This document shows, one piece after another, positions 8,811 through 18,888 of a DNA stretch of 64,000 nucleotides. The notes beneath the pieces are model-generated. The model ran no database searches. It saw only the letters and a list, made by a program, of their open reading frames with translations, and had not been told where the DNA came from. A program made the translations under genes and the position numbers. The stretch is taken from NCBI GenBank assembly GCA_963827685.1, contig CAWHBU010000001.1:128001-192000 (forward strand), read 5' to 3'. The stretch is from an uncultured delta proteobacterium. Lineage in GTDB: Bacteria; Desulfobacterota; BSN033; UBA1163. Within the stretch, counting starts at the first letter, position 1. Every line of letters begins with the position of its first letter.

Positions 8811-8835
8811 TAAGAGACCCTATCTCCTTTCCTAG
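8811..8835 (+). repeat. 25-bp direct repeat, copy 1 (copy 2 at 13137-13161)
   Basis: TAAGAGACCCTATCTCCTTTCCTAG versus TAAGAGTCTCTATCTCCTTTCCTGG, 22/25 identical. Confidence 0.7.
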
Positions 8836-8874
8836 TCTTATCTCTCCGTCCAGCCTTTCCTCCATCCTTGTTAA

Positions 8875-8903
8875 TTGACAAAGGGAGAACGCTGTGGCAT
8901 AAG
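8875..8903 (+). promoter_or_regulatory. Candidate sigma70 promoter for the SDR operon
   Basis: TTGACA, 17 nt, CATAAG with upstream TG. Confidence 0.45.
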
Positions 8904-8999
8904 ACAGTGGTGAGTAAAAAGCTGCGATTTTCACATTGACATGCCAACCAAAATTTCTGCCCTCGTTTGAATAGAAAAAAGGAAAAAGGAGGATAAGAG

Positions 9000-9749
9000 A
9001 TGAGGCTCAAGGACAAGGTAGCGATTGTGACGGGAGCCGGACGGGGAATCGGTGAAGGGATTGGTCTGCGCTTTGCAGAAGAAGGAGCAAAATTGATCGT
9101 CAATGATGTGAGCGAAGCGGATGCCAGCGGCACGGCGGAAACAATTAAAAGCAAAGGCGGCCAAGCAGTGGTCGTGATCGGCAGCGTCGCCTCACGGCAA
9201 GTGGCCCAGAAAATGGTCGATACAGCCGTTAAAGAATTCGGGACCGTGGATATCCTGGTGAACAACGCCGGTATTATCCGCGACGCCATGCTCCACAAGA
9301 TGACCGATGAGCAGTGGGATCAGGTCATCGAAGTCAATTTGAAGGGCGTTTTCCTCTGCACTCAGTGTGCGGCCAATGTGATGCGGGAGAAAGGGTATGG
9401 GAAGATCATCAACGTTTCTTCCAGTAGCTGGCGGGGTAATCCTGGGCAGATCAACTATTCCGCAACCAAAGCCGGGGTGATCGGGATGACCAAGACCGCC
9501 GCTAAGGAGCTGGCACCCAAGGGGATTAATGTCAACGTCATTGCCCCCGCGATGGTCTTCACAGACATGATCAAGTCCATGCCGCCCGAGAAGGTCGACC
9601 GGCTGGAAAAAATGCTGGCTCTTATTGTTCCCCTGAACCGGTGGGGAGCACCGAGGGATATCGCCAATCTGGCCCTCTTCCTGGCTTCCGACGAAAGCTC
9701 GTTCATTACCGGTCAGTTGATTCATTGTGACGGCGGGATGATTATGTAA
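9000..9749 (+). CDS. SDR oxidoreductase (FabG/3-oxoacyl reductase-like)
   Basis: TGAGRGIG, NNAG, YSATK. Confidence 0.92.
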   Translation: MRLKDKVAIVTGAGRGIGEGIGLRFAEEGAKLIVNDVSEADASGTAETIKSKGGQAVVVIGSVASRQVAQKMVDTAVKEFGTVDILVNNAGIIRDAMLHKMTDEQWDQVIEVNLKGVFLCTQCAANVMREKGYGKIINVSSSSWRGNPGQINYSATKAGVIGMTKTAAKELAPKGINVNVIAPAMVFTDMIKSMPPEKVDRLEKMLALIVPLNRWGAPRDIANLALFLASDESSFITGQLIHCDGGMIM

Positions 9750-9755
9750 AAAGAG

Positions 9756-9871
9756 AGGGTTCAAGGGGCTTGGGGCCAAGGGTTCAAGAGATTTACTGGT
9801 CAAAGAATAAATCTTGGTCTTTTCACTCGAACCCTGGAACCCCTGCCTGCCGGCAGGCAGGCTTGAACCCT
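9756..9871. repeat. Inverted-repeat element with 8-nt periodic arms containing a CCTGCC palindrome
   Basis: AGGGTTCAAG...CTTGAACCCT perfect outer IR; CCTGCCTGCCGGCAGGCAGG at 9842-9861 interrupts the right arm. Confidence 0.85.
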
Positions 9872-9959
9872 GGGCAAAGGGTTTTCGATAACTTAGAAGA
9901 AGGTCTTTACTCTTTCATTGCCGGAATCACCAGCACGAAGTGCAGTAAAGGATTGAGCC

Positions 9960-10871
9960 GTGTTCGATTTCGCCAAGGGGACAATTCAATTTATTCGGGG
10001 AGGCAAGTATCCCTTTTGCCACTCGGTGCTGATCGATGACCGAGACCGGGCGGTCATTGACGCCTCCAGTGACAGGGACAAATTACAGCAGTTTAAGGAC
10101 CAGGGACCCGTAGACTATCTGATCACCTCTCACGCCCATGAGGACCATCTCATTTTCAACTACCTTTTCCCTCAGTCCAAATTTTGCGTCCATCCCTTCG
10201 ATGCCCCCCACTTTGAAAACGTCGAATCCCTGATTGACTCCTATGGGGATGCAGCCAAAGAGGAAAAGGAAAAGTGGCGGGCTTTCCTGGAGAACGACTG
10301 TCACTATCGGCCCCGCCGAGTCGATCTGCTCTTAAATGACGGGATGGTGATGGACTTAGGGGGGGTTAGAATGGAGGTGATCCACACTCCAGGGCACACG
10401 CGGGGACACTGCGCCTTTTATTTTATCAATGAAAGGATTATGTTTACCGCTGACCTGGATCTGACCAAGGCTGGCCCTTATTACGGGGACCGTGGCTCCG
10501 ACATAGGTGAAACCATTCGCTCCCTCGAGCGTCTTAAAACGTTTGAGGTAAAAACCTACCTGACCGCTCACGGAAAAGGAATTTTGGAAGGCGACCCAGG
10601 ACACATTGACCGCTACTTGGAAGTTATTTTTCAAAGAGAAGAAAAACTGATTGACCTTCTAAGCAAGGGCCCGAAGACCCTTGATCAAGTGGTTCAGAAA
10701 GGGATCATCTATGGGAACAAATCCCCCATAGGGCCTTGGGATCTGACACTTTCTGAAAGAGCGATGATCTTGAAGCACTTGTCTCGCTTGGTAGGCATGA
10801 ATCGGGTGGAACAAGAAGGAGATTTCTACGTCCTTCGAAATCAATTGGGCCAAGATTTCTGCCCTCGTTAA
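9960..10871 (+). CDS. Metallo-beta-lactamase-fold hydrolase
   Basis: SHAHEDH, HTPGHT, TAD, TAHG. Confidence 0.9.
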   Translation: MFDFAKGTIQFIRGGKYPFCHSVLIDDRDRAVIDASSDRDKLQQFKDQGPVDYLITSHAHEDHLIFNYLFPQSKFCVHPFDAPHFENVESLIDSYGDAAKEEKEKWRAFLENDCHYRPRRVDLLLNDGMVMDLGGVRMEVIHTPGHTRGHCAFYFINERIMFTADLDLTKAGPYYGDRGSDIGETIRSLERLKTFEVKTYLTAHGKGILEGDPGHIDRYLEVIFQREEKLIDLLSKGPKTLDQVVQKGIIYGNKSPIGPWDLTLSERAMILKHLSRLVGMNRVEQEGDFYVLRNQLGQDFCPR

Positions 10872-10906
10872 TCATCACTCATTAATTTATTTGGAGGCGG
10901 GGTGCC

Positions 10907-11695
10907 ATGTATAATCTCGACGGACAGGTCGCTATTGTCACTGGTGCAGGAAGCGGATTGGGGCGAGCCATTGCCTTGCGCCTTTCCCAAGAGGGAGCCA
11001 CCATCGTGGCCACGGATTTAAACGGGGAGGCTGCGGGAAAACTGATTGAGGAAATGAAGAACCAGAGAAGGCCCGGTCTTTCCATTGAGATGGATGTCTC
11101 CATCGAAAGAGATGTGGAGCGAACGGTCAAACAAACAATAGAGAATTTCGGCCAGATCGACATCCTGGTCAATAACGCCGCCACAGGAAGTCCCGGGCTG
11201 ATCATAAACTGTTCCGAGGAAGACTGGGAGAGAACCATGCGGGTAAATCTCAAGGGTACTTTCTTATGTTCACGGGCTGTGGCCAAAGAGATGATTCCCC
11301 GCAAACGGGGACGGATCGTAAATATTTCCTCCATATCCGGAAAATCCGGAGAGGAATTCATCGGCGTTTATTGTGCTTCCAAATTCGGGGTGATCGGCCT
11401 GACCCAGGTCCTGGCCAAGGAACTGGGCCGCTTTGTGATCACGGTGAATGCTGTTTGCCCGGGACACATCTGGACGCCCGGTTGGGAAACCCTTGGGCGG
11501 TGGTTCAAAGAGAATTTTCCGGCGCTGGCGCAGTTGAGCCCACAAGAAATTTTTGAGAAATCGGTGAAATCCGTCTTGCGCCGGCCGCAAGAGCCGGAGG
11601 ACATCGCCAGCCTGGTGGCTTTCTTGGTTTCCGAAGAGGCCAGAAATATTACGGGTCAGGCCATCAACGTGGATGGCGGGGCGCTGATGCATTAA
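10907..11695 (+). CDS. SDR oxidoreductase
   Basis: TGAGSGLG, NNA, YCASK, ITGQAINVDGG. Confidence 0.92.
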   Translation: MYNLDGQVAIVTGAGSGLGRAIALRLSQEGATIVATDLNGEAAGKLIEEMKNQRRPGLSIEMDVSIERDVERTVKQTIENFGQIDILVNNAATGSPGLIINCSEEDWERTMRVNLKGTFLCSRAVAKEMIPRKRGRIVNISSISGKSGEEFIGVYCASKFGVIGLTQVLAKELGRFVITVNAVCPGHIWTPGWETLGRWFKENFPALAQLSPQEIFEKSVKSVLRRPQEPEDIASLVAFLVSEEARNITGQAINVDGGALMH

Positions 11696-11765
11696 GGCAG
11701 TTCGGAGAAAAGACAAGGTTCAAGGGTTTTAGGGACCCAAGGGAACGAGCTGAGGCCCAATTTGA

Positions 11766-12923
11766 TCAAAAGAGAATGCTTTTGCCTGTCAGGACCCCCC
11801 GACCGCTGACAATGCGGTTGATCTGATTCGTGCCCTCGAAGATCTGGGTCAATTTAGCATCGCGCATCAGCTTTTCCACCACGGCACCCTTCATATAGCC
11901 GCTTCCAGCCAGGATCTGGACCGCGTCGGTGGTCACCTTCATCGCTGCGTCCGAGGCGAAGCATTTGGCAGCCGCGGCCTCGACGGAACACTTCACGTTT
12001 CGGTCCAACATCCAACCCACCTGCAAGTACATGCCTCTCGATGCCATGATCAACGCGTACATGTCGGCAAGCATGAAATGCACCCCCTGAAAGTACCCGA
12101 CGGGTTGCCCGAACTGTTCACGCTCCTTCGCCCACTTCGTCGCTTCATCGAGGGCTTTCTGAGCAATTCCTGTACAGATTGCGGTAATGTTCGCCCGTCC
12201 TCTATCGAGGGCCATCATCGCTAGCTTGAACCCCTGACCTTCCTCACCGATCAAATTCTCTTTCGTTAGCTTCACGTCTTCGAAGAAAAGCTCGGCCACG
12301 ACCATGGCTCGGTGGCCCATTTTGTCCTCGACTCGGCCCGTTCTGATACCTGGCGTATCTCGAGGAACGGCAAAGCAGGATATTCCCTTGGTTCCAAGAG
12401 TTTTATCCATTGTGGCAAAAACGCACAGCAAATCAGCATGCTGACCGTTCGTGATGTAGCACTTGGATCCATTTAGGACGTACTGGTCGCCCTTTTTCTC
12501 TGCCAATGTGTTCATTCCACCCGCATCGGACCCGGCCCCAGGCTCCGTCAAGCAGAAACAGGCACTTCGATAACTCTCCGTCATACGTCCCAAGAATTTC
12601 TTCTTTTGCTTCTCAGTCCCCCCAAGAAGAATGGCACCCGTTGACAGGTGAGATATACCAATCATCTGCCCGATGGCACAGCAGTCGTAGTTCAAGGCTT
12701 CGGTAACAAGATAATGGGTCACATAGTCCATGCCAGAGCCGCCGTACGCACTCGGGATGTTTGTGTACATCAGCCCCAGTTCACGGGCCTTCTTCAAAAT
12801 GGACTCGGGATAAGTGCCATCACGATCATACTGGAGGGCCATCGGTCGAATTTCCTTCGACGAGAATTCCCTGGCCAGATCCAGGAATCGCTTCTGTTCG
12901 TCCGAAAGGCTGAAGTCGATCAT
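11766..12923 (-). CDS. Acyl-CoA dehydrogenase
   Basis: CLTEPGAGSD, LNGSKCYITNG, EKLMRDAKLTQIFEGTNQI. Confidence 0.95.
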   Translation of the reverse strand: MIDFSLSDEQKRFLDLAREFSSKEIRPMALQYDRDGTYPESILKKARELGLMYTNIPSAYGGSGMDYVTHYLVTEALNYDCCAIGQMIGISHLSTGAILLGGTEKQKKKFLGRMTESYRSACFCLTEPGAGSDAGGMNTLAEKKGDQYVLNGSKCYITNGQHADLLCVFATMDKTLGTKGISCFAVPRDTPGIRTGRVEDKMGHRAMVVAELFFEDVKLTKENLIGEEGQGFKLAMMALDRGRANITAICTGIAQKALDEATKWAKEREQFGQPVGYFQGVHFMLADMYALIMASRGMYLQVGWMLDRNVKCSVEAAAAKCFASDAAMKVTTDAVQILAGSGYMKGAVVEKLMRDAKLTQIFEGTNQINRIVSGRGVLTGKSILF

Positions 12924-12982
12924 TTTTGGTTTTCCTTTCTTGGTAGTATGGCTATACCGAAACCGAAGTTTATTAAAACGGG

Positions 12983-13005
12983 ATGACTGACTGGCTGTGA
13001 GTCAT
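12983..13005. promoter_or_regulatory. Possible operator palindrome upstream of the acyl-CoA dehydrogenase
   Basis: ATGACT-N11-AGTCAT in the divergent intergenic region. Confidence 0.3.
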
Positions 13006-13136
13006 TTAGTATCATCCAAGTGGGACCCTGTCAAGAAAAAAACCACCGGCAAGCTTGAAGGAACGCTGTTTTCTATTTTGCAACTACGAGAAACCCCTGG
13101 TGCCAGAAGCTGAAAATTCCCTTACAAATCTTTTCC

Positions 13137-13161
13137 TAAGAGTCTCTATCTCCTTTCCTGG
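13137..13161 (+). repeat. 25-bp direct repeat, copy 2
   Basis: See 8811-8835. Confidence 0.7.
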
Positions 13162-13292
13162 TTACGTTACCCGAAAATACTTGCGTCAAATGGCGCCGCG
13201 CTAACACCCTTATTCCTGTTGACCCCGTTTGGACAATTCAGTGAACTCCAATTATAATTTGGGTTGTTCCTCAACGTCTTTTCACTTTAAGG

Positions 13293-14699
13293 ATGGCTCT
13301 TAAGATGCGTCGTTACCTCATATTCGTTGCTGGTGCATTAGGCCTTCTCATGTACTCGATTGACAGTACGGTGGTAGCAGTAGCCTTCCCCAACCTTATA
13401 AAAGACTTTGGCACTAATGTCCTCTGGGCAGCATGGACTATTTCAATTTATTTAATTGCCGTAACCAGTGTCATGCCATTGATGGGAAACCTGAGCGATA
13501 GCTTCGGTCGCAAAAAGGTCTTTCTGATTTCTCTCATCCTTTTTACAGTCAGTTCCCTGGCCTGTGGCCTTGCCGTCAATATCTACAGCTTGGTGGCATG
13601 TAGGTTTCTTCAAGGCATCGGAGGAGCGAGTTTTCTCCCGACGGCGGCAGGTATTGTGAGCGATCAATTTCCTGAGAACCGGGAGAGGGCCATTGGCCTG
13701 TTTACAAGCATCTTTCCCATAGGAGGTATTATTGGCCCGAACTTAGGGGGCTGGATCGTAAGTCGATATTCTTGGCGATATATTTTCTATATCAATTTAC
13801 CTATCGGCATTTGTCTGATAGTTTTGATTGTGATTTTACTTGAAGACACTGAAGTTATTTCTCGGCCTCATATAGACTTTGTGGGAGCTTCTCTTTTCTT
13901 TGGAGCAATACTTTTCCTCATGCTTGGCTTAAATCTTATTGCTGAGAACTTCTCTATCTCGTCCCTTCTTCTAACAACTATCTTTTTAGTCGTCAGTTTT
14001 TTGTTCCTTTATCTATTTTTTCGTCAAGAGAAAAGGGATTCCAACCCAATCCTGGATATAACCTTCTTAAGATCAAAGCCTTTTCTGGCAGCAAACCTAT
14101 ATAACATGATTGTAGGTGCCGGAGTCTTCGGGATCTTTGCCTTTATCCCACTCTACGCCACCTCAGTGCATAAGTTATCGACCTTGGTTAGCGGTATGAT
14201 ATTAACTCCTCGCTCTCTCGGAGTCATCTTCGCCTCAGCTGTAACCAGCTTTCTGCTCAAGCGGTGGGGTTACCGATGGCCCATGGTGTTGGGTTTGAGC
14301 ATCATCTCGCTCTCAACCATCCTTCTGGGTGGCCAAGGACTCCAGTTATTGAGGATGATCGGTACCCATTTGGGAGTCGCTGAAATCTTGGCAATCCTGA
14401 TCATGGTGACCGGAATCGGCATCGGAATTGCTCTCCCTGCCTCCAATAACGCCTGTATCGAGTTGATGCCGGAAAAGGTAGCCACCATTACAGGACTTCG
14501 AGGAATGTTTAGATCTGTTGGAGGAGCTTTCGGAATTTCATTAATTACAATTATCCTTCATTCGAGTTCTTCCCCTGCGAATGGCTTTAAAACCACCTTC
14601 ATCTCTTTTGGTCTGGGGCTTCTATTTACTATTCCTCTTGTCTTTCTTATGCCTACTGGAAAGAAAGGAGGGGGAAACAAGAAGACATTAAGTGCCTGA
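13293..14699 (+). CDS. MFS drug efflux transporter (DHA2/EmrB-like)
   Basis: GNLSDSFGRKK motif A, GPNLGG motif C, WRYIFYINLPIG; many hydrophobic helices. Confidence 0.9.
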   Translation: MALKMRRYLIFVAGALGLLMYSIDSTVVAVAFPNLIKDFGTNVLWAAWTISIYLIAVTSVMPLMGNLSDSFGRKKVFLISLILFTVSSLACGLAVNIYSLVACRFLQGIGGASFLPTAAGIVSDQFPENRERAIGLFTSIFPIGGIIGPNLGGWIVSRYSWRYIFYINLPIGICLIVLIVILLEDTEVISRPHIDFVGASLFFGAILFLMLGLNLIAENFSISSLLLTTIFLVVSFLFLYLFFRQEKRDSNPILDITFLRSKPFLAANLYNMIVGAGVFGIFAFIPLYATSVHKLSTLVSGMILTPRSLGVIFASAVTSFLLKRWGYRWPMVLGLSIISLSTILLGGQGLQLLRMIGTHLGVAEILAILIMVTGIGIGIALPASNNACIELMPEKVATITGLRGMFRSVGGAFGISLITIILHSSSSPANGFKTTFISFGLGLLFTIPLVFLMPTGKKGGGNKKTLSA

Positions 14700-14799
14700 T
14701 TTTCTCTTTTCCAAGTCCAGATGACTCTCGCAAACATGAGTCTTAAATCTTGCCCTATAACAACGTTTCAAAGGGGAAAAAATGACGAGGAGGTGAAGT

Positions 14800-15639
14800 A
14801 TGGGAATCCTGAACCATTTCAAACCGGTTTCGACTTGGCCGGCTGAAAAGGTCCGTCTTTTTCTCAAGGAAAAGAACCCACAGGATTATAACCTTATCGA
14901 TGTCAGAACACCCAAGGAGTATGAACAGGGCCACCTCCCTGGCGCACGATTAATTCCAGTGGGGGAACTGGCCGATCGTCTCTCCGAAATTGATCCCCAA
15001 AAGCCTACGGTCGTTTATTGAGCTGCAGGGGTGCGCAGCCGGGCCGCTGCCGCTACTTTATCGAGTGCAGGATTCAAAGAGGCCTATAGCATGCAAGGGG
15101 GGATCAATGCCTGGAAAGGTCTTGTGGCAGAGGGGGCTCCAGAATCAGGCATGGCCTATTTTTCTCCAGCCACAAAGCCAGAAGAGCTGATTGCGCTGGC
15201 CTGGTTACTCGAGGATGGATCGCGTAAATTCTATTTGGACTTGGCTGCGGTCTTGAAAGATCAAGAGGCAAAGAATCTCTTTAAGGATCTCTTCGCAGCA
15301 GAGGAGCGTCATCAGGCCTTCCTTCTCAAGCTTTACAAAGAACTCTCCGGTTTGACCTCCACCTCAGGATTCCCTGGGTCGGTCATTTCGCTGAAAGAAG
15401 AAGGCGATGTGATGGAAGGGGGAATGCGCCTCAGCGAGGTATTACCCTGGGCCAAAGGGAAAAGTGTGACAGAAATCCTTGAATTTTCTGTTTCTTCGGA
15501 GGCGAATGCCTATGATCTTTATGTCAAAATGGAACGCCAGATGAAAGATCAACGATCCGCACAGATCTTTCATGTCTTATCAGGTGAGGAAAAGCAACAC
15601 CTTGAGCGATTAAGCTCATTGCTTGAAGGAAAAATATAG
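14800..15639 (+). CDS. Rhodanese-ferritin-like (rubrerythrin-type) fusion, probable selenoprotein with Sec at codon 74
   Basis: The two tracked ORFs are in one frame separated only by TGA 15019-15021: VVY-U-AAGVRS matches the rhodanese YCxxGxRS loop. LIDVR..EY..GHLPGA precedes it; two E...EExH motifs follow. Confidence 0.85.
15031..15056 (+). promoter_or_regulatory. Candidate bacterial SECIS hairpin
   Basis: GTGC-GCAGC-cgggcc-GCTGC-c-GC-t-AC stem-loop with a G-rich loop about 19-24 nt after the UGA. Confidence 0.6.
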
Positions 15640-15646
15640 AGGGAGA

Positions 15647-17230
15647 TTATTTTATCTTAAAGGATTCTTCCATCCCGATATATTTCTTTCTCAGTTTTGG
15701 TTTTTCAATCTTTCCTGTTGGGTTACGCGGCACCTCACCGAAGAAAATTTTTCGAGGTCTTTTATACTTCGGCAATTTCTCACAATACTTTAGGACATCT
15801 TCTTCTGTGAGAACTTTACCAGGCACAACATCAATGACAACGGTTACCACTTCACCTAAACGTTCATCCGGGTAGCCAATGGCTGCCACATCCTTGACAC
15901 TCGGATGAGCATGGAGGAAGTCTTCAACTTCTACGGGGAAAACATTCTCACCACCCGAGATGATGAGGTCTTTTTTACGATCGACCAAGAAAATAAAACC
16001 ATCTTCGTCCTGTTTTGCCATATCCCCTGTGTATAACCATCTGTCCCTGATCGCTTTGGATGTAGCCTCGGGATTTTTATAATATTCCCTCATCACACCA
16101 TCGCCTCGAACCACCAGTTCCCCTACCTCTCCCCTCTTTACTGGATTTCCTTCTTCATCCACAATTCGAGTTTCCCAGTTGAACCCTGGAAGTCCGATCG
16201 CCCCAACTTTATGTTCATTCTCTATTCCGAGGTGGACACAGCCAGGGCCTGTCGATTCGCTCAGACCATAGGTGGTATCGTAGGCCATATTGGGGAAGTA
16301 CTCCTTCCAGTGTTTGACCAGTGAAGGAGGGACAGGCTGCGCACCAATGTGCATGAGTCTCCATTGCCGGAGATCATATTCCTTTAATTTAATCTCTCCA
16401 CTGTCCAGTTTTAAAAGGATGTCTTGGGCCCATGGGACAAGAAGCCAGACGATCGTCCCTCTCTCTTCGCTCACCGCCTCAAGAATCCATTCCGGCAAAA
16501 TCCCCTTCAAGATGACAGCAGGCCCACCAACAATGAAGCTTCCAAACCAATGCATCTTTGCCCCGGTGTGATAAAGCGGAGGGATAAGGATAAAGTTATC
16601 TTTCTTGGTCTGATAATGATGGATATTTTCTGTAATACAGGCGCTCACCATGTTCTTATGGGTCAACAGGATGGGTTTGGGTGTACCCGTGGTGCCAGAG
16701 GTAAAATAGAGGCCACATGGATCATGAAGGGTAATTTCAATGTTGGGAGGATTTGAAGAAGACTTTTCAAGTAGTTTTTTAAAGGCTTCTGCATAGCCTG
16801 GAGTTTCTTTTCCAACAAATATGTAGTCTTTTACGGTCGGGAGATCATCCTTGATTCCGCTGACCCTGTCGATAAACTCCTCACCAAAGACGATGCATGC
16901 AGGTTCTGCTACATCACAACAGTACTTGATATCATTTCCCGAAAAACGAAAATTGAGAGGAACGGCCCATGCCCCAGTTCGGACGATGCCGAAATAGGCA
17001 ATGAGCCAATCAATCGAGTTCATCATGAGATGGATGACTTTATCTCCCTTCTTAATCCCCTTTTTGATCAGAACATTTGCAAATCGGTTAGCCCCGTCAT
17101 CAAATTGCTTCCATGTGACCTCGCTTCTCTTCTTTTCGCCAGGTATTCTTTCAATCAGGGCCACGTCGTTTGGATACAACCTCGCATTTCTTGCTAAAAT
17201 CTCCCCAATGTGGATGTCTAAATTTCCCAT
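15647..17230 (-). CDS. Acyl-CoA synthetase (class I adenylate-forming)
   Basis: YFTSGTTGTPK, YGLSE, YTGD, DRKKDLIISGGENV, PRNPTGK. Confidence 0.93.
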   Translation of the reverse strand: MGNLDIHIGEILARNARLYPNDVALIERIPGEKKRSEVTWKQFDDGANRFANVLIKKGIKKGDKVIHLMMNSIDWLIAYFGIVRTGAWAVPLNFRFSGNDIKYCCDVAEPACIVFGEEFIDRVSGIKDDLPTVKDYIFVGKETPGYAEAFKKLLEKSSSNPPNIEITLHDPCGLYFTSGTTGTPKPILLTHKNMVSACITENIHHYQTKKDNFILIPPLYHTGAKMHWFGSFIVGGPAVILKGILPEWILEAVSEERGTIVWLLVPWAQDILLKLDSGEIKLKEYDLRQWRLMHIGAQPVPPSLVKHWKEYFPNMAYDTTYGLSESTGPGCVHLGIENEHKVGAIGLPGFNWETRIVDEEGNPVKRGEVGELVVRGDGVMREYYKNPEATSKAIRDRWLYTGDMAKQDEDGFIFLVDRKKDLIISGGENVFPVEVEDFLHAHPSVKDVAAIGYPDERLGEVVTVVIDVVPGKVLTEEDVLKYCEKLPKYKRPRKIFFGEVPRNPTGKIEKPKLRKKYIGMEESFKIK

Positions 17231-17487
17231 ATGAATCTCTGTTCATGCAAAGCGCATGGAGCAAGACGCATAGCGTCTTCAATTTTCTCAACAGAATATT
17301 TCACAAAAAAAATAAAAACATAGGCTTGTTTACCATGCAAACACCACTTTCAACCGTTAGGACGGTCGCCCATAACCTTAAAATAATCGCAATTCTAAAG
17401 CTCCCGAAGCTGGCTCTCTCTCCCCTGGCCGCCATTACGACACAGTCTCGCGGGCAGAGGGACGGGATGAGGGGATCACCTTTTCAT

Positions 17488-18759
17488 CTATTTCCAAGTT
17501 CGCCGGTCGATTATCAGTCCTTCCTTCTCGGACAGAGTTCCTTTTTCAATGAACTCAAGCTTGTCAATTTTAACCACGCATGTTTCTCTAAAAACATTTT
17601 CAAACTCCCGCTCAAGTTTGGCCCGATCAGGTCCTTCTTTCTCTACCTCAACTCTCACGGTCAAGATATCCTTAAAGCCTTCCCTGTCTACAAGGGCCTG
17701 AAGTCTCGGTTCACCAAATCGAGATGACACAGCTTTCAATTGACTGGGCGCGATAAACATCCCTCTTACTTTGGTGGCTTCGCCCACCCTCCCGGATATC
17801 CCAGCAAGGCGCAACGAACTCCTGCCGCAGGAGCAAGGTTCCTTGATCACCTTGGAGAGGTCCCCTGTTCCAAACCTGAAAAGGAAAAATAGATTATTCA
17901 GTCTTGTCACCACCACCTCCCCCCATTCTCCCGGGTTAACTTGTTTTCCCGTCGCGGGATCCACCATTTCAACGATGACCTCCTCACAGATATGCCAGCC
18001 CTTTTTGGCTTGGCATTCATAGGCAACATCACCTACTTCTGTGGCTCCGTACATCTGATAGGTGTCGATACCATATTCTTTCTCAAATTTCTCCCGCAAA
18101 GAAGGTTGAAGCGGCTCAGCGACGAAGCTGGCCCGTCTTACTTTAAAATCGCTTTTAAAGTTGTAACCCATCTCCTCAGCCTTCTTAATGATCGCCATCA
18201 AAAAGCTGGGGGTGCCCGTGTAACCTGTTGCACCCAGGTCTCGAATCAATTGAACTTGATTTTCTGTGCTGGAAGTGCCTGAAGGAATGACCGTTGCCCC
18301 CACACGTCTCAGACCACTGTGGAAAGTCAAACCTGCGGCGACCATATGATAAGAAAAGGCATTCAACACAACGTCCCCTTTTCTAAAACCCGCTGCATAA
18401 TAGCCTCTGCCCCATATCGGGTCTTTTTCTGTAAGATGAGGCTCGTAGACTGGCCCGGGGGAAGTAAAGATTCTGTCGGTCATCACATTTTGGGCAGAGA
18501 ATCCTCCGTAGGGAGGCTCTTCCTTCTCGAGTCTGGCCAGTTGTTCTCGCGAGATGACAGGCAGCTTTTCCAAGTCCTTGACGGATTTTATTTTCAGAGG
18601 ATCGATGTTTCGTCCGTCAAAAATCTTCTTCACGCTGCTTGCTTTTCTATATCCCAGACGAACCATTTTAACCAGACTCTGATTATAATAACTCTGCCTC
18701 CTCGACAGAGACATTTTTTCTTTAGCATCATAATAACGGGATTCTTTTTTAGCTACCAT
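17488..18759 (-). CDS. Phenylacetate-CoA ligase family protein (PaaK-like)
   Basis: IFTSPGP, YTGTPSFL, YGATEVG, RFGTGDLS. Confidence 0.85.
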   Translation of the reverse strand: MVAKKESRYYDAKEKMSLSRRQSYYNQSLVKMVRLGYRKASSVKKIFDGRNIDPLKIKSVKDLEKLPVISREQLARLEKEEPPYGGFSAQNVMTDRIFTSPGPVYEPHLTEKDPIWGRGYYAAGFRKGDVVLNAFSYHMVAAGLTFHSGLRRVGATVIPSGTSSTENQVQLIRDLGATGYTGTPSFLMAIIKKAEEMGYNFKSDFKVRRASFVAEPLQPSLREKFEKEYGIDTYQMYGATEVGDVAYECQAKKGWHICEEVIVEMVDPATGKQVNPGEWGEVVVTRLNNLFFLFRFGTGDLSKVIKEPCSCGRSSLRLAGISGRVGEATKVRGMFIAPSQLKAVSSRFGEPRLQALVDREGFKDILTVRVEVEKEGPDRAKLEREFENVFRETCVVKIDKLEFIEKGTLSEKEGLIIDRRTWK

Positions 18760-18790
18760 GTCTCCCTCCTGTAAATCTCAAATCACTATT

Positions 18791-18886
18791 CTCGTGTCCG
18801 TGTCGCGTGTTACGTGCCTGCACGCCGTAGGCCGTTTCGGCACGTAGGCGTGTCCGGACACGGAAGACGGTCACGGATACGGGTCC
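18791..18886. repeat. Periodic inverted-repeat element (CGTGTC)n...(GACACG)n with nested CCTGC-type hairpin
   Basis: CGTGTCCGTGTCGCGTGTTACGTG...CGGACACGGAAGACGGTCACGGATACGG; CCAT at 18756-18759 and 18886-18889. Confidence 0.8.
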
Positions 18887-18888
18887 CA

